The translations under genes were made by a program, and so were the position numbers. 64,000 nt of DNA from Eutreptiella sp. 'Long Island Sound 2002' (lineage: Eukaryota > Protista > Euglenida), in assembly GCA_964036045.1 (NCBI GenBank), contig OZ038379.1, positions 26,474,001 to 26,538,000 on the forward strand, written 5' to 3'. The notes beneath the pieces were generated by a model, which worked only from the letters and a program-made list of their open reading frames with translations, was not told the origin of the DNA and did not search any database. Position 1 is the stretch's first letter. Each line of letters begins with the position of its first letter. Shown here one piece after another: positions 49,764-62,100 of this stretch.

Positions 49764-49989
49764 TGCAAAGAAATGTGCAATATCTAAGCGGGAAAGAAGG
49801 AAGCATGGAACAATGCACGACGGATGATAGCAAGCAAGCATGCACGCACGCACGCACGGAACAATGAAGAAATTGGGATACGTTGGTAGACATTATATCG
49901 TTCTAGTATTGATCTAATCTAGGCTAGAACGTTCTAGCTAGAGCGTTCTAGGCTAGAATGAGATTGGGTTCTCTAGCGTGTACCAAGGG

Positions 49990-52230
49990 CACCACCCCTG
50001 TCTGTGACACCCTGTTCCCAAACCAGAGGCGCCCAGCTACCAAGCTACCCACGCTAGCCATAGCACCTGCTTCCAGCGCATGCGTATGACCGAGGAGATG
50101 TGTTGCCCCTTGGCCAAGACCGTGAAGCCGATCTCGTTGGCCCGAGAGAGGCATGTGGCCCCCTAGAGTGCCTGCGGCACCGCCGTCTCCAAGCCTCCAG
50201 TATTAGAGTCCCATCACCGGGGCCACTACCACCCTATGGAGCGCCAAGGGCGCGACTAGCATGTTGACCCCTAGCACGTGGTAGTCGAAGGTGGCAAGAT
50301 GTGGGAGGCAGTGAAGTGCAATGTAGCGGTGTCTAGGCGCTTGCCCAGCATCAGCCGCGTCACTTGGGATCTCTCTGTTGCAACATCGATACCCAATTGG
50401 CGAAAGCTATCCGCCACCGTTACGGGGTGGCCCCCGAAGGAGGACCGTTGGCGCGCCATCCTCAACCTGCACCCAGGAGCAGGCATTGCCCAGACGGATA
50501 TCCATTCCCCAACCGCGGCCACTCCTCCGTGGGAGGCCTGGTGTGCTACACCGCGGCGACCTCAAACACCAGAGCCTAGGTGTCGTCTACATACCCAGAG
50601 CACCCCAGTGCTGCATACCAAGCTCCTTGGTCGTCCGGCGGGTAGAGGTCTCCCTCCTCAAGCTCCTCGGGGTCCTCGTCGGCTGGGAATGGGGACAGGC
50701 CGGACGTCACGGCGCACATGTGTTGTCTTAGAGAATCGATGTCTCATTACTAGACAACGGTGAGGACTTGCACCAAGATGATGGACAAGAGGCAGCCACG
50801 GAGAATCCCATTGGTGACAAACTACCAGGACCCCAGGGCGCCGGCCACCTCGAACCCCCAGCAGAGCTACTCGCACATAGCTCAAAGCGCACGGCACGTG
50901 CCTGGGTGGGTGCCTAGCTCCAACGCCAGGGCAAGGACCACCTGCCGGGTGATGAAGATTGAAACACTTGACGCAATCAACGCTCATCCCTGCCACGGCC
51001 CCGCACTTCAGGCGGCAGAACTCCACCAGCACATGTGTCAACACCGCAACATCCATGGCGCTCTGCGCTTGCCGGAAGCCAAACGAATTGGGGTGCAGCC
51101 ACGCCTCCTACCACCAGATGGTGTTGAAAAGGCAATCCCGGCCACAGCCCGTACACCATGGACAGTACGGTGAGGGGGCGGGTATTGAGGGAGCTTGGCG
51201 GCCCCTCCTTGGGGATCACAGCCAAGTAGCCCTCCGCAAGGTGGGCCAGCCACTTCCAAAAACGCTCGAAGTCCCGGAGCAAGTCCGCCAACCAAGCTAG
51301 CGGCACATCTGATAGAGAGCGGAGGTCCAACGGGCTCCAACCATCCCACCCGAGTGCGGATAAGTGCTGGCGCGCCAGCTAGGGCCACAAACGGGAGCGC
51401 GTGCGCTGGGACACTAGCATGGGCACACACTGCACATGGTGTCCGTAGCTGCTTAGGAAAATTCCTATGCCCGGCTCTGCCACCTCCGCATAGATGCGGA
51501 TGATGTGGGGCTAGGCGTCCTCTAGGAGGCAATCTCGCGCAGGTTAGACGTGTCGGTGCTATCCAGCGGGATCCTGAAGGTAACCAGGGGCGCAAAAGCT
51601 TCATCCTTGAGCCACCGGTACATTGCTCCCTGGTCCGAGGACCACACCTCATCCAACCGGCCGTGCCAAGCCTTCAAGCACGCACCATATCTTGCCGTTA
51701 TCGCAATGTATCGCCAGGGCGGTGCACAGCTGCCAAAGGGAGTCCAAGGTGGCAACCCAATCAGGAGCCTCCCACCTGTGGGTGGGAGTAGTCGGGCCGG
51801 AGTGCTTGTAAGCGCGCATGCGGGTAAGCAGCATCTTCCATGCCTCTTGCACGCGCCATAGCGTCACTGCTGGCCTGGGCGCTGGGTGCTCGACCCTCCG
51901 AAGGACTTCGCGGAGGGACCCCTTGGCTGCCTAGATGCGTACCAAGGGGCACGTCACGCGGTCCCTAGTCATTCGCTTCTCCCGCGGGCAGAGGCGGACC
52001 TCACAACGTAGGCCGTCCATGCCATGCCCGCCTGGAGGGTGCAGCAGAGCCGCCAAGAGGGGCTCGCCAGCACACACGGAGCGGGGGTCGAGATCCGAGC
52101 ATGACAGCGCGAGCAAGGTCTCCTGTGCCACCAAGATCCGGAGGCCCCACATGGGATCCACGTCCTTGTTTGCCAACACCTCTTGCTAGCTGGGTGAGGG
52201 GCCTTGTTGCTTGGGCAATGAAGGGAGTAG
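49990..52230 (-). mobile_element. RT-containing 5' part of the second LINE (APE and ORF1 missing)
   Basis: WLAHLAEGYLAVIPKEG...RPLTVLSMVYGLW, AFGFR and VDCVKCFNL; collinear with 10300-12580. Confidence 0.85.
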
Positions 52231-52279
52231 GTCGAAATTTGGAAAAAATTTAAAGAGCCACCCAAGAGCCTAAACAACG

Positions 52280-53300
52280 ACACTCTCGGGGCTTTCGGGA
52301 CGGGCCATGGACCGGGCTACATGGGCCAAACGGCAATTACGTGCATCCCCATGGCCATGGGTGCCGAAGCACCCATATTTTCACCAAAGGATCACCCAAA
52401 CCCACCCTAGGGGGCAACAAAAGGGTTTTGAAAAAAGCGGAATTTTCGAAAACTTTCAAGTGCCACAAAACAGCCTAAACAACGGCCATTTTGGGTACAA
52501 CTCCTTTGATTGTCTGTACCCCTATGTACAAAGGTAGAGGGGCGGAGAGAGGGGGCCCATCACGGTTGGGGTGCCCCCTCCTCTCGTACATGCTCTCCGA
52601 CAATGGAGTGCGGCGGCTAAGAGGGACAGCTGGTTGGGACTAGGTCTCTTCCGCGCGCGCCCTCCCATTGGCTGCCCTCCACTTTGTGTTGCCTTGGCCC
52701 CGACGAGGAGGACCAAGTGAGCCCCAAGGCCAGCAAACCTGCCTACCACAACGCATTGAGGAACACGAGTTGGGTTAGCTGCCACGGTGCTACTGGCACC
52801 ACCGTCGAAGATGAGGATGAAGGGGCAGAAGAGGAAGAGGAAGAGGAAGAACTTGCCCCCTTTGCGTTGGGGGGAGGGGGCGGCTGGCTGCGGACCTCAA
52901 ACAGCGGTGGGGGCGCCCGCGAGTGACCGGCGGCCGGCACCCGCAATGTGCTCGAAAAAAAACATCTAGCGACGGGGCTATTGCCCTACGAGCCCCGAGT
53001 CGGGGGGCTAATGGCCGGCCAGGTGCAGAGTCCAGCGGCGAGAAGATACCTGCTGCAAGAGCAAGGGGGGGGGGGGGGGCATTGTGGTCACTGTGTGGGT
53101 CCCCTGGGTCCCCGTGTATGCTAGAGTACCTGTATTGTCACCAAATGATCATCCCAACCGATCCCAGGGAGGAACAAAAGGGTTTTGAAAAAGGTCCAAA
53201 TTTCCGAAACCTTCGTAGTGCAACTAAACAGCATGGACAACGGCCATTTCGGGTATGACTCGTCTTCACGCCCATAAGCCTATGTACACAGGTTGAGCGG
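52280..53300. repeat. Two dispersed copies of the 38295-38830 repeat family flanking a GC-rich spacer
   Basis: cacccaaaccc...aaaagggttttgaaaaa...aaacag...acaacggccattt at ~52380 and ~53150. Confidence 0.6.
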
Positions 53301-54525
53301 CGGAGAGAGGGTGGGCACCCACTCCCCGCATACAAGCTCCCCATCAAGGGGGGCGGCCTGTTCAAATTCTAGACCCCAATCGTGTGCGAAAACTGGTGGT
53401 CTTGAGGGGGAGGAGGGGTAGGTGGGTCGGCTGGTTAGCCGCCGGGGTCGCTAGACGGGGGTCAGTGGGTACCCCAACATACATACCTCAAAATCATCCC
53501 TATGACGCGCTCATGATTTTGAACATACACAAACGAAGTGAAAAAATTTTCAGAAAATTTGCCCATTAGCTCAGGCTCCCATCAGCTAAGGTCAGACCCG
53601 AAGGGCAAGTCAAGGGTCATAAAAATTTCTGTGATTTTCCAACAGTTGTGAATTCTCCACAAAATTTTAAGTATTTAGAGTATAGACACATAGGGTGAAA
53701 AATAAATAATAACCCCCTCAAGAACGGCCAAAGAAATTTTCGGCGCCTTTGGCGCCGACCCTTTCCCCAAAATCTCCAATTGGAGAAAGAAGGGTTCGAA
53801 AACTTTGGGGGATCTGGAGGGTGGGGGGGGAGGGGGGGATGGAATTCGAACAGGCCGCCCCCCTTGCTCCTCACCTATGCTGCATAGCATCTGAGAGGGA
53901 CGAGCCGGTGGGGAATACGTCTCTTCCATGCTCACCTTTCAATGGAGCCGCGCCGGCTGCTCTCCAATTTGCGTCGCCCTCCCCGATCGGGAGGACGGGG
54001 TGAGCCCCTAGGCCAGCAAGCTGGCTTGCCGCCTCCCATTGACAAAAACGGTTTGGCTTAGCTGCCGTGGTGCAGCTAGCAAAACCGCCAAGGAAGAGGA
54101 GGAAGAGGTGGTGGAGGAAAGGAGGAAGCGTAAGCCCCAAATGGGGGCAAGCTACCCATGAGCAAAGGGCGGCTAAAGCCCCCCATATGCACAAAAAGAC
54201 AGCAGGCAAGGAGGCCGCTTTCCTACCTGCCTGGGTGCGGGGGGGGGGGGGGGGCATTGCTCGCTTGGGTGAGTGTGGCAACGAGGGGATGCCCGCCGTA
54301 AGCGAAAGCGAGAATCGCGGCCGGCAAGCATCCATCAGTCGGGGGGGGGGGGGGGTTGGATCTCCTTGCGGGGAATCCCCCCACGTGGTGCTGGGACGCA
54401 CAGCATAGAAGGTAAAAAATGGCAGGAAAATGCTGAGCATATTGCTCAGGATATTTGGGGATGCTCAGCATTCATGCTCAGCAAATGGGACTCATATTGC
54501 AGGGTTGATTTTGGAAGTCCCAGCC

Positions 54526-54668
54526 AAAATTTCTTCCGAGCTCCCCCGGCACGGTCGGCTGGGAAGCCCATGGAACATTCCTACCGATATCGGTTGCGTT
54601 TTGGGGGGCCGATCTGGCTGCCAAAACTTCCGAGCATCTTTCCGAGGGATTTCAAAAACTTCCAGGCG
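54526..54668 (+). repeat. ~143-bp direct repeat, copy 1
   Basis: aaaatttcttccgagctcccccggcacggtcggctgggaagcccatgg... is nearly identical to 58279-58422. Confidence 0.9.
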
Positions 54669-54825
54669 TTTTTCCATCGGTTTTTTGTACGATGAACTAC
54701 ACCGTTCTTGGTTCCCAAATCCCACACCTCAGCAAAGAAACACACAAAAAGGCAAGCATGACGGTTCACTTAACACCTCTACTGCTACCGGAATCCACTG
54801 AGATTAGACACCCTGCCCCATTGTT

Positions 54826-55725
54826 AGAGGGTGGGGGAGGGTGGGGGAGGGTTGGGAGAGGGTTGGGAGAGAGTGGGAGAGGGTTGGGAGAGGGTGGGAG
54901 AGGGTTGGGAGACGGTTGAGAGAGGGTTGGGAGAGGGTGGGAGACGGTTGGGAGAGGGTTGGGAGAGGGTGGGAGAGGGTTGGGAGAGGGTGGGAGAGGG
55001 TTGGGAGAGGCCGGGAGAGGGTTGGGAGAGGGTGGGAGAGGATTGGGAGAGGGTGGGAGAGGGTTGGGAGAGGGTGGGAGAGGGTTGGGAGAGGCTGGGA
55101 GAGAGTGGGGGAGGGTTGGGAGAGGGTTGGGAGAGAGTGGGAGAGGGTTGGGAGAGGGTGGGAGAGGGTTGGGAGACGGTTGAGAGAGGGTTGGGAGAGG
55201 GTGGGAGAGGGTTGGGAGAGGGTTGGGAGAGGGTGGGAGAGGGTTGGGAGAGGGTGGGAGAGGGTTGGGAGAGGGTGGGAGAGGGTTGGGAGAGGGTGGG
55301 AGAGGATTGGGAGAGGGTGGGAGAGGGTTGGGAGAGGGTGGGAGAGGGTTGGGAGAGGGTGGGAGAGAGTGGGGGAGGGTTGGGAGAGGGTTGGGAGAGA
55401 GTGGGAGAGGGTTGGGAGAGGGTGGGAGAGGGTTGGGAGACGGTTGAGAGAGGGTTGGAAGAGGGTGGGAGAGGGTTGCGAGAGGGTTGGGAGAGGCTGG
55501 GAGAGGGTTGGGAGAGGGTGGGAGAGGGTTGGGAGAGGGTGGGAGAGGGTTGGGAGAGGGCGGGAGAGAGTGGGAGAGGGTTGGGAGGGGGTGGGAGAGG
55601 GTTGGGAGACGGTTGAGAGAGGGTTGGAAGAGGGCGGGAGAGGGTTGAGACAGGGTTGGGAGAGGCTGGGAGAGGGTTGGGAGAGGGTGGGAGAGGGTTG
55701 GCAGAGGGTGGGGGAGAGTTGGGAG
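54826..55725. repeat. G-rich microsatellite (GGGAGAGGGT/GGGAGAGGGTT)n with 264-bp higher-order periodicity
   Basis: Variant gacggtt at 54911, 55175 and 55439; variant gatt at 55041 and 55305. Confidence 0.95.
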
Positions 55726-57245
55726 AAACAAAGTTGTGGTGAAAGCTGCTGATTGGGGCTTTACATAGAGCCCCTAGTTGTGAAAATCTGAAACAGTGGG
55801 CCCCTGTAGGGGGGGGCGGATAGTCGAGCTCAGTTTGGACCCTTCTAATTCTGTGATGGTGTGGTAAAGTTCCACAAAACAAAGTTGTGGTGAAAGCTGG
55901 TGGTTGGGGCTTTACATAGAGCCCCTAGTTGTAAAAATCTGAAACAGTGGGCCCCTGTAGGGGGGCGGATAGTCGAGCTCACTTTGGAGCCTTCTAATTC
56001 TGTGATGGTGTGGTAAAATTCCACAAAACAAAGTTGTGGTGAAAGCTGGTGGTTGGGGCTTTACATAGAGCCCCTAGTTGTAAAAATCTGAAACAGTGGG
56101 CCCCTGTAGGGGGGGGCGGATAGTCGAGCTCACTTTGGACCCTTCTAATTCTGTGATGGTGTGGTAAAATTCCACAAAACAAAGTTGTGGTGAAAGCTGC
56201 TGATTGGGGCTTTACATAGAGCCCCTAGTTGTAAAAATCTGAAACAGTGGGCCCCTGTAGGGGGGCGGATAGTCGAGCTCACTTTGGAGCCTTCTAAATC
56301 TGTGAGGGTGTGGTAAAGTTCCACAAAACAAAGTTGTGGTGAAAGCTGCTGATTGGGGCTTTACATAGAGCCCCTAGTTGTGAAAATCTGAAACAGTGGG
56401 CCCCTATAGGGGGGCGGATAGTCGAGCTCACTTTGGAGCCTTCTAAATCTGTGATGGTGTGGTAAAATTCCACAAAACAAAGTTGCGGTGAAAGCTGGTG
56501 GTTGGGGCTTTACATAGAGCCCCTAGTTGTGAAAAATCTGAAACAGTGGGCCCCTGTAGGGGGGCGGATAGTCGAGCTCACTTTGGAGCCTTCTAATTCT
56601 GTGATGGTGTGGTAAAATTCCACAAAACAAAGTTGTGGTGAAAGCTGCTGATTGGGGCTTTACATAGAGCCCCTAGTTGTAAAAATCTGAAACAGTGGGC
56701 CCCTGTAGGGGGGCGGATAGTCGAGCTCACTTTGGAGCCTTCTAATTCTGTGATGGTGTGGTAAAATTCCACAAAACAAAGTTGTGGTGAAAGCTGCTGA
56801 TTGGGGCTTTACATAGAGCCCCTAGTTGTGAAAATCTGAAACAGTGGGCCCCTGTAGGGGGGCGGATAGTCGAGCTCACTTTGGAGCCTCCTAAATCTGT
56901 GATGGTGTGGTAAAATTCCACAAAACAAAGTTGTGGTGAAAGCTGGTGGTTGGGGCTTTACATAGAGCCCCTAGTTGTAAAAATCTGAAACAGTGGGCCC
57001 CTGTAGGGGGGCGGATAGTCGAGCTCACTTTGGAGCCTTCTAATTCTGTGATGGTGTGGTAAAATTCCACAAAACAAAGTTGTGGTGAAAGCTGGTGGTT
57101 GGGGCTTTACATAGAGCCCCTAGTTGTAAAAATCTGAAACAGTGGGCCCCTGTAGGGGGGGGCGGATAGTCGAGCTCACTTTGGACCCTTCTAATTCTGT
57201 GATGGTGTGGTAAAATTCCACAAAACAAAGTTGTGGTGAAAGATG
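55726..57245. repeat. ~150-bp tandem satellite, 10 full copies plus a partial copy
   Basis: acaaagttg(t/c)ggtgaaag recurs every 149-151 bp from ~55728 to ~57225. Confidence 0.95.
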
Positions 57246-57439
57246 GTGGTTGGGGCCGGAGGCGTACATTATACAATACTGTGGTTCTTTCAGTAACGTA
57301 CGTACATTACTTGATACATAAACATCTGGGGCCTGAGGGGGATGGCGCCCCCCCTTGGTTCCAAACAAATTCGTCTCCGGGGGGCCTCCCCTTGACTCAC
57401 TATCGTCTCGGGACCGTTCCGAGGTCGCCCTGCATGGCA

Positions 57440-57710
57440 GAGGCAGGGACGGGGGGGCCACCCCTTATTTCAGAACTGTATCGGTGCATCAATGTCTTTC
57501 CACCCTGCCTGGGCGGAAGACCAGGGACCGGGGGGCCACCCCTTATTTCAAAACTGCATCGGCATATCAAGGTCGTTCCACCCTGCATGGGCGGAGGACC
57601 CGGGACCGGGGGGCCGCCCCTTATTTCATTCCCGCTCTGGCAGATCAAAATTCCTCCGCCCCTTGTAGGCAGAGGTCCAGGGATCGGGGGGCCTCCCCTT
57701 ATTTCAGTAC
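57440..57710. repeat. Four ~78-bp units ending ggga(c/t)cggggggcc...cccttatttc
   Basis: Motif at ~57447, 57524, 57603 and 57682. Confidence 0.7.
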
Positions 57711-58278
57711 AGCCATTCAGGTACGGGTCAAGGAAGCAAGGTGCAGAATTGGGCAAGAGAAAAGGGGGGTGGGGCAAGTCTGATATGGGGGGCACAGCGC
57801 ATGTCTGATATTTTTGGGGGGGGGGCAAAGGCCTATCATGGGGGGCTTGGGGGGTTGGGGGTTGGGGGTGATGGTCCATAAAAGTCTGAAGTCTGAAGTC
57901 TGATAGCCTATTGGGTTACTATACCCATAGCTGACACACACGCAAAAAGAAAACCACAAAAGCAGGCACAAAGCTTCACAAGACACAAAGGGCAAACAGT
58001 CATAAGCTTGAGTACAGTGTTCTCCATGCAAGTTTGTAGGCAAAGCAGGCACCAAGGATCAAACTGCAATTGCACATGTCAAAACCAAAAGTGCAAATTC
58101 ACAAAGGAGCTCAAAGGGGAAGCAGTCATAAGCTTGAGCACAGTGTTCTCCATGCAATTTTGTAGGCAAAGCAAACAAAGGGTAGACAAACATTAGCTTC
58201 AACGTACTGTTCTCCATGGCATCTTGCAGGCAAGGTAGGCACCAAGCATGCAACCAAAGTTCCACTACGTTCAGGCTA

Positions 58279-58422
58279 AAAAATTTCTTCCGAGCTCCCC
58301 CGGCACGGTCGGCTGGGAAGCCCATGGAACATTCCTACCGATATCGGTTGCGTTTTGGGGGGCCAATCTGGCTGCCAAAACTTCCGAGCATCTTTCCAAG
58401 GGTTTTCGAAAACTTCCAAGCG
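58279..58422 (+). repeat. ~143-bp direct repeat, copy 2
   Basis: Matches 54526-54668. Confidence 0.9.
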
Positions 58423-59199
58423 ACGGACAGAAGCATATCGCATGCACGTCGGTACAGATTTCCTAAAATTGCCACCGGTAACCGGACAATATTGGTCTCT
58501 CTTTCAATGTTCTGTGCTGGGCACCGGTGGTACATGTGCCCCCGCCGTGGTTGTGGCGTGTTGTGCGCGTGCATGTTGCTCACATTCGCGCGCACACTGG
58601 CCATCGGGGCAGCGGGTCGGCATGCACCGGCAGCTCCAGGGACCGCTCTCCTAGCTCCGTGGCACCCGAGTGCACCGTTTTGTTGCGGGCCGAGTGGGGA
58701 GGCACACGTAGGTCAACAAAGCGCTCCACACATGCACGTCCTGGTGTGCATATGCAGCAAATGTTCAGCGGTTCCAAAGCTTCCAGCATGGATCATGGCA
58801 TCAGTCATGTAAGCTATGTACAAGCTGTCAAACTTCACTTTCCTGTCTGCCTCTTGGCTGTGTTTTGTCGGGCAAAACTTCTAGGCTACATACTACAATG
58901 CAACAGGTCTCTATCCATTGACGTTCGCAGCAAGCTTGCAAGATGCTGGCACCCTGATGGCCAACTTGCTGCTCTGTCTAAGTCTCATGGGGGGGGGGGT
59001 GGATCGGGCAGGTTACACGGAGACTGTTTTGTCCACCGAAGTGATGAACTCGTCGTCCTCCATAAAATGTAGCTCACACGTCGCTCACTGTTCGTCACAG
59101 GACGAGGCTTCATCCGCTGGCGACTCTAATGGTTGCAGACCTAGTGACCTTAGGGCCCCAGCGGCCCCAATGGGGGTGTAGAATTCAAGCAAAGAATCA

Positions 59200-62100
59200 A
59201 AACCGAGCTACTTGGCTCGGGAGGGGAGAACCCCTCCCTGAGCCGCCGGTGTGACTTGGGAGAATGCCAAGTCAGCGTCACATGTGACCGGCGTCATTTC
59301 CACACTATACTTCGGCACAAAGCCCGTGTCCATATGGGGGGACCTCGGCAATGCTCGCATAGGCGATGTCGCTACGGCTGTGAGCAAAAGCTGGGGGCGC
59401 CAATTAGTTTTGCCAAGGCATCGGCCCGTTCGTTTCCCTCTAACTGCACATGACCTGGTACCTTTATCCACTTGTATGTTGCTTGTGCAACATCTAGCCT
59501 CTCAAGGAGCTCGATCCACAGGTGCACGCTTAAGACTAGGCCTTTGGTGGTGACACATTGTTGAGCTCCCCACTTGATGGCCGAGGAGGAATCTGTGGCC
59601 ATCGCGAGAGTGGCATCTCAAGTGAATGTCCTTTTCACAACTGCAAGCACTGCCATTCATTTCGCACGGTCAATGCTCCGTTTCTTTGGTGGTGGGAGGT
59701 GATCAGCCTCCTCCTGCAACCCTAGTTCGTGACAGCCGTACCCAGCAGTCCAGCCCACGCCACGAACGATTTCAGCGGAGCCGTAAGTGTAGACAACCGA
59801 CAACCCTCTCAATCGTGCCTGCTTTATTAGCTCGGGAGCAATGATTGCTAACTCCTGCTTGCGATCGTCTTTCCAACGTCACTTGTGGCCTCAGTTTTCT
59901 GATTTTTCACTAGGCTCAACATATGTTATGCATGGTCCAGTGGCCACACCCTACTTCTTAAAGCAGAGCGGCTTGTCATGAAAGATCTAAAAGGCCTGGG
60001 ACAAATGTGAGAGCGGCTCCCAAGCAACCAGGAGTGCCGTGAATTTTACCCATATACTAAGTAAGGCATCTAGGGTGGCACCGCGCCCTTTGATGTATGT
60101 GTTGCACAGAGTCCAATGCGATGCGGGCGCCGACCACTGGGCTACACCGTGCGGACTGTTGAACGTGTGTAGTATGGGGATGGTATACCTTGTCTTGGAC
60201 ATGCAACGGTTCCCATATCCTCTTGAGCGTCGCAAAAAGAACTTTGTGCAACACGCAGTCCCCTAGCGCATGGTCCAGCTTTTCCACTGACCCACATATG
60301 GGGCACGAGGAGTTTCCTCCATAGTGCATGATAAACAAAATCATGTAGTGACGGGAACATGTTTGCCCTCCCGAATAGCACCCATACACTCAGGAGATGA
60401 CGGGTTTTTGTGTGGAGATTCGCTGAGAATCTCGCCAGGGAATCTGACTTACCCCAAGCAGCAAGCCAAACTGAAGGCCTTGACCAATCCGTGGGCTATA
60501 CCTGGAGAAACGCTTCAAGCCCATTCTGGTATACCCGGTGCCATGTGGGCTCCGCCTTGCTCAGCGAGTCGCCCCTGGGGGACCCGTTGACAAACATGTG
60601 CTTACCTTGTGTGATACCTTGTCTAGTCAAAGTTGCGTAGTAATATGTCAGTTGTTTGTCAGTATAAAAAACGCATGAGGGGGAGGTCCCCCAAGGCCGC
60701 CTGATCACCCAATCCATCATTGACATAACGTCTGGAACTGGAGAAGGACTTAAACTCTACTGCATAAATCCGAAAGTCTAGCATGGGAAGGGGCCCAGGT
60801 GCAGATAAGGGAGCCCCCACGCATTAGGGCAAACTCCATGGGTGCTACACCACCTTCGAAGCCCTCTCACAATCTGTTGGGAAAAGATCTCACGGGCGTT
60901 GAGAGACTTGTGGATTGGGAGACCAAACTGGGCATGCAGCCGTATTTTAGGCATAGGGAGCATTTACCCCCCTAGTTCCTTGGGTTGAGCCAGGTTATCC
61001 ATAGTGACACCCCTGTTGTCTACCCCTAGGGCTGTGTGATAGACATGGCGCAGGGCTCAAACAGAAATGTCTCATGGATAATATGCCCTTGCTATAAGTA
61101 GGACACACGGAAGGATCCATGTTTTGAGGAGCAAAATTCTGTCTTTTATGGACATGCGATAAAATGTGATGTGATTGGCCCTCCGTTGAGCCTCCCCCTA
61201 GGGGAATGCGAAGGCCACATCCGAGGACACATTTCCCATGCACATTCCGAAATATTCTATCGAGGTGACAATGGGAATACCCAGCACAAGTTGCCTATCA
61301 GAAACAATTTTAATTTTATTCTTCTCCACAGAAGCGAGGCTTCCTTTGACAACGACACCACCTTTAATCAAGTTAAGGATCTGCCCTGAAAACTATGCAA
61401 AGACGTTCATAGCTTCCTGGACTGTGGCAAAGGTGTAAGCTAGGTTCGCGCCTCCGATGATGGAGCATAAATGATCGGTGTACATAAATGACGTTAACCC
61501 TAGGATACCAGATAGCAAATGTAGCACAAATGAGACACAGAAAGAGAAGAGGAGTGTTGAGAATGGATCTCCCTGTCCTATGCCTACCTTCTGCAAGTAT
61601 CTAACGCCCCTTACCACTCCCATGCCCACACAAAACAGGTATTGGGAGCGTAATGTGGCCAACACGGAGAGCACATATCCTACCAACCAATAGCTCAATA
61701 AGCTGGAGCACTGCCGACACAAAAGAGTGCCTCATGGTGGGAACTGCGCTCGCAAGTTCAAAACTCACCGTAAGACATCGCTCATACAACTCGTAGGTGC
61801 TCCGCACCGCAATATGTGATGAATCATTTGTCTTCCTTTTTTACAACCCACTTGGCGGCTGTGCGTTGGCTATTGGAAGATCTGTTTCAGTTGAATGCAT
61901 AAAATGGTCACCGGCAACTTTTTCTTTACCTCCTGTCCAACAATTGGTTTGAGCTTTGGATCACGTACGTGCCTGCGACTTTGGGGATGCGGTTGATGAT
62001 TCTAATCCCCAGTCTTCAAAGAAAGTACCACAGGTAAAACAGTGCTCAGCAATTTCAAGCATTGCTGGCGAGAAAATAGCAGCGAATTTCTTGTATATTT

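Larger units (their letters stand above)
44527..49989 (-). mobile_element. Complete 5463-bp two-gene DNA transposon with a RAG1/Transib-like DDE core, CCC...GGG TIRs and a 2-bp (CA) TSD
   Basis: 45-bp TIRs at 44527-44571 and 49945-49989 (42/45 identical). CA on both flanks. Removing it restores the LINE reading SQTGVV-RRALHAVF. Confidence 0.92.

Noticed and set aside
54766-55882. 261-352 aa ORFs on both strands (PSPNPL/GEGWERV repeats)
   Set aside because: Translations of a stop-free microsatellite.
55726-57245. Regular array considered as a CRISPR
   Set aside because: Units are near-identical along their whole length with no unique spacers; eukaryotic context and no cas genes.
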